This document shows positions 42,582-44,017 of a stretch of 44,017 nt of DNA, in pieces. Under the pieces are notes generated by a model. It was not told where the DNA came from. It did no database searches and was given only the letters and a program-made list of their open reading frames with translations. Made by a program: the position numbers and the translations under genes. Origin of the DNA: an uncultured Candidatus Saccharibacteria bacterium (GTDB taxonomy: Bacteria; Patescibacteriota; Minisyncoccia; Minisyncoccales; PEYH01); NCBI GenBank assembly GCA_964395215.1, contig CAYNAD010000001.1, positions 1 through 44,017 of the forward strand, given 5' to 3'. Each line of letters starts with the position of its first letter. Positions within the stretch are counted from its first letter, which is position 1.

Positions 42582-43679
42582 ATGAAACAAACAAGATATA
42601 TGAATTTTAGAATAAAAATATTTATTATATTATTGGGTTTTTGCTTAATTTTAAGTATTGGGTTTTTAATAATAAAAGGCACGAATAAAGATATATTATT
42701 TTTAGAAAATAGAGATATCAGCTTTCTAAAAGCTAATATCTCGGGTATTGTTTCAAAGACTATGGAGAGTATCAAACAAGAATATTGTCCCTTAAGTTTA
42801 TTTTTCGTCGGGGATATGATGTTTGATAGAGGAGTTGAGCATTATTCCAAGCAAAATGAAAATATTTATTATCCTTTGGAAAAAGTTAGTAATCTTTTGA
42901 GAACAGCAGACATAACTTTTGGTAATTTAGAAGGGCCTATTGTTGCCTATCCTAAAAGTTTCTCAAGTAAATCATTAAAGTTTGCTTTCAGCACGACTAC
43001 TTTGAAAACTCTTACAAGTGCTGGATTTGATGTTCTATCCGTGGCTAATAATCATACTCTTAATATGGGAAATTTTGGCCTAGGGCACACAAGAAGTTTT
43101 TTGAAGAGCTCAGGCATTTTCCCGGCAGGGGATCCGATAACCTGCTCGCAAGAATTTGTAGCTGAAAAAAATGATGTGATTTTTTTCGCTGTTAATAAGA
43201 CATTTACATTTAATTGTTCTGACCAAGATGTTATAGATAGTCTAAATTTCGTTAGGCAAGAGTTTCCTAATAAGTTTTTGATTGCGAGTATCCATTGGGG
43301 CATTGAGTATAAGCCAGAAAATTCTTTTGCCCAGCAAGAGCTTGCTCACAAGCTAGTTGACGAAGGGGCCGATTTAATTATCGGGCACCATCCTCATGTG
43401 GTTCAAAATATTGAGGAATATAAGGGAAAATTGATTTTTTATTCGCTTGGTAATTTTGTTTTTGACCAGCATTTTTCAGAAGAAACTCAGACAGGTCTGG
43501 TGGTTAAATTATGTCTTGGGAAAACTCAAAATATTTTTCAGCTCTTTGTCGTAAAAATAAACTTAGGTCAGCCGAAATGGATCGTAAACAAAAATAGGGA
43601 AATCTTTTTGGAAGAGTTAGCTGAAAAATCTAGTCAAATATTGAAAAAAGAAATTAAAAATGGCATAATAGTAAGATAA
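42582..43679 (+). CDS. CapA/PgsA-family metallophosphatase-like protein
   Basis: Motifs FVGDMMFDRGV, GNLEGP, ANNHTLNMG, HWGIEY, GHHPHVVQ and YSLGNFVFDQ. I prefer the ATG at 42582 over the TTG at 42552. Confidence 0.75.
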   Translation: MKQTRYMNFRIKIFIILLGFCLILSIGFLIIKGTNKDILFLENRDISFLKANISGIVSKTMESIKQEYCPLSLFFVGDMMFDRGVEHYSKQNENIYYPLEKVSNLLRTADITFGNLEGPIVAYPKSFSSKSLKFAFSTTTLKTLTSAGFDVLSVANNHTLNMGNFGLGHTRSFLKSSGIFPAGDPITCSQEFVAEKNDVIFFAVNKTFTFNCSDQDVIDSLNFVRQEFPNKFLIASIHWGIEYKPENSFAQQELAHKLVDEGADLIIGHHPHVVQNIEEYKGKLIFYSLGNFVFDQHFSEETQTGLVVKLCLGKTQNIFQLFVVKINLGQPKWIVNKNREIFLEELAEKSSQILKKEIKNGIIVR

Positions 43680-43695
43680 CAATTAAGGAATATTT

Positions 43696-44017
43696 ATGTG
43701 GAATAAAAATATTATTATTACAGCTATTATAATCTTAATTTTAATTGGTATTGGTTTGGCTTTTTATTTTTTTCAAAGCAAGGGAGTAGATGAGCCATAT
43801 ACAGAAATTGAGAAAAATATTTTAACCAAAGAATATTTTTCGATTGAAATTCCAGAAGGCTGGGAAGAGACAAGAGGAATTTCAGGTATTTCCGCTATGA
43901 TTGCCAAGTTGGACGAAGAAAATGAAGAAGAAGCTATACAAGACATGGGCTTTAAAAGTTATTTTGCAGTTGCTTATGAGAGCGCTTCAGATAGAAATAT
44001 GGGAGAATTTATTGAAT
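43696..44017 (+). CDS. Hypothetical signal-anchored protein, 3' end outside window
   Basis: The ATG is preceded by AAGGAA. The frame is open to the window edge. Starts MWNKNIIITAIIILILIGIGLAFYFF (one TM) and continues as an acidic domain. Confidence 0.5.
   Translation, partial: MWNKNIIITAIIILILIGIGLAFYFFQSKGVDEPYTEIEKNILTKEYFSIEIPEGWEETRGISGISAMIAKLDEENEEEAIQDMGFKSYFAVAYESASDRNMGEFIE

Overview
AT-rich, gene-dense window, almost all on the plus strand. It looks like a chromosomal core segment of a small-genome bacterium, probably Patescibacteria/CPR-like (inferred from gene style only). The genetic code is standard: RF2 is present and TGA is used as a stop.

Recognisable content:
- Envelope glycan genes: GT4-like fragment, polyprenyl glycosylphosphotransferase, O-antigen-ligase/TPR protein.
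- Housekeeping genes: HIT, murB, hpf, secA, Nudix, secD-metK-secF, pgk, RecJ-like DHH protein, RNase H, deoxynucleoside kinase, murJ, lepA, FtsB/DivIC-like, ftsEX, NYN-domain protein, xseAB, rlmN, rlmE, amidohydrolase, AlkD-like and CapA-like proteins.
- prfB with the CTT-TGA +1 frameshift.
- RNA genes: RNase P RNA (minus strand), tRNA-Gly(CCC), tRNA-Thr(CGU), tRNA-Gln(CUG).
- An ECF sigma factor with a membrane partner.

What stands out:
1. An orphan, translationally coupled pair at 18293-21366: a membrane-anchored 433-aa protein plus a TM-less VirD4/TraG/HerA-like ATPase. It follows a sigma-region-4/HARE-HTH-like protein, and no other secretion or conjugation genes are in the window.
2. Two gene populations. 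Core genes are SD-less and AT-rich, and several have a -10 box 6-7 nt before the ATG. Four GC-richer loci are self-contained cassettes with AGGAGG-type SD sites and GC-rich terminators.
3. An IS200/RAYT-type HUH transposase with three copies of a REP-like palindrome, one in frame inside its own CDS.
4. Several unassigned structured or repeated non-coding elements: a 25-nt box present twice and followed by GC-rich RNAs, a promoter-to-terminator leader before lepA, and a triple repeat before murJ.
5. tRNA-punctuated gene junctions.

No CRISPR array or rRNA was seen.
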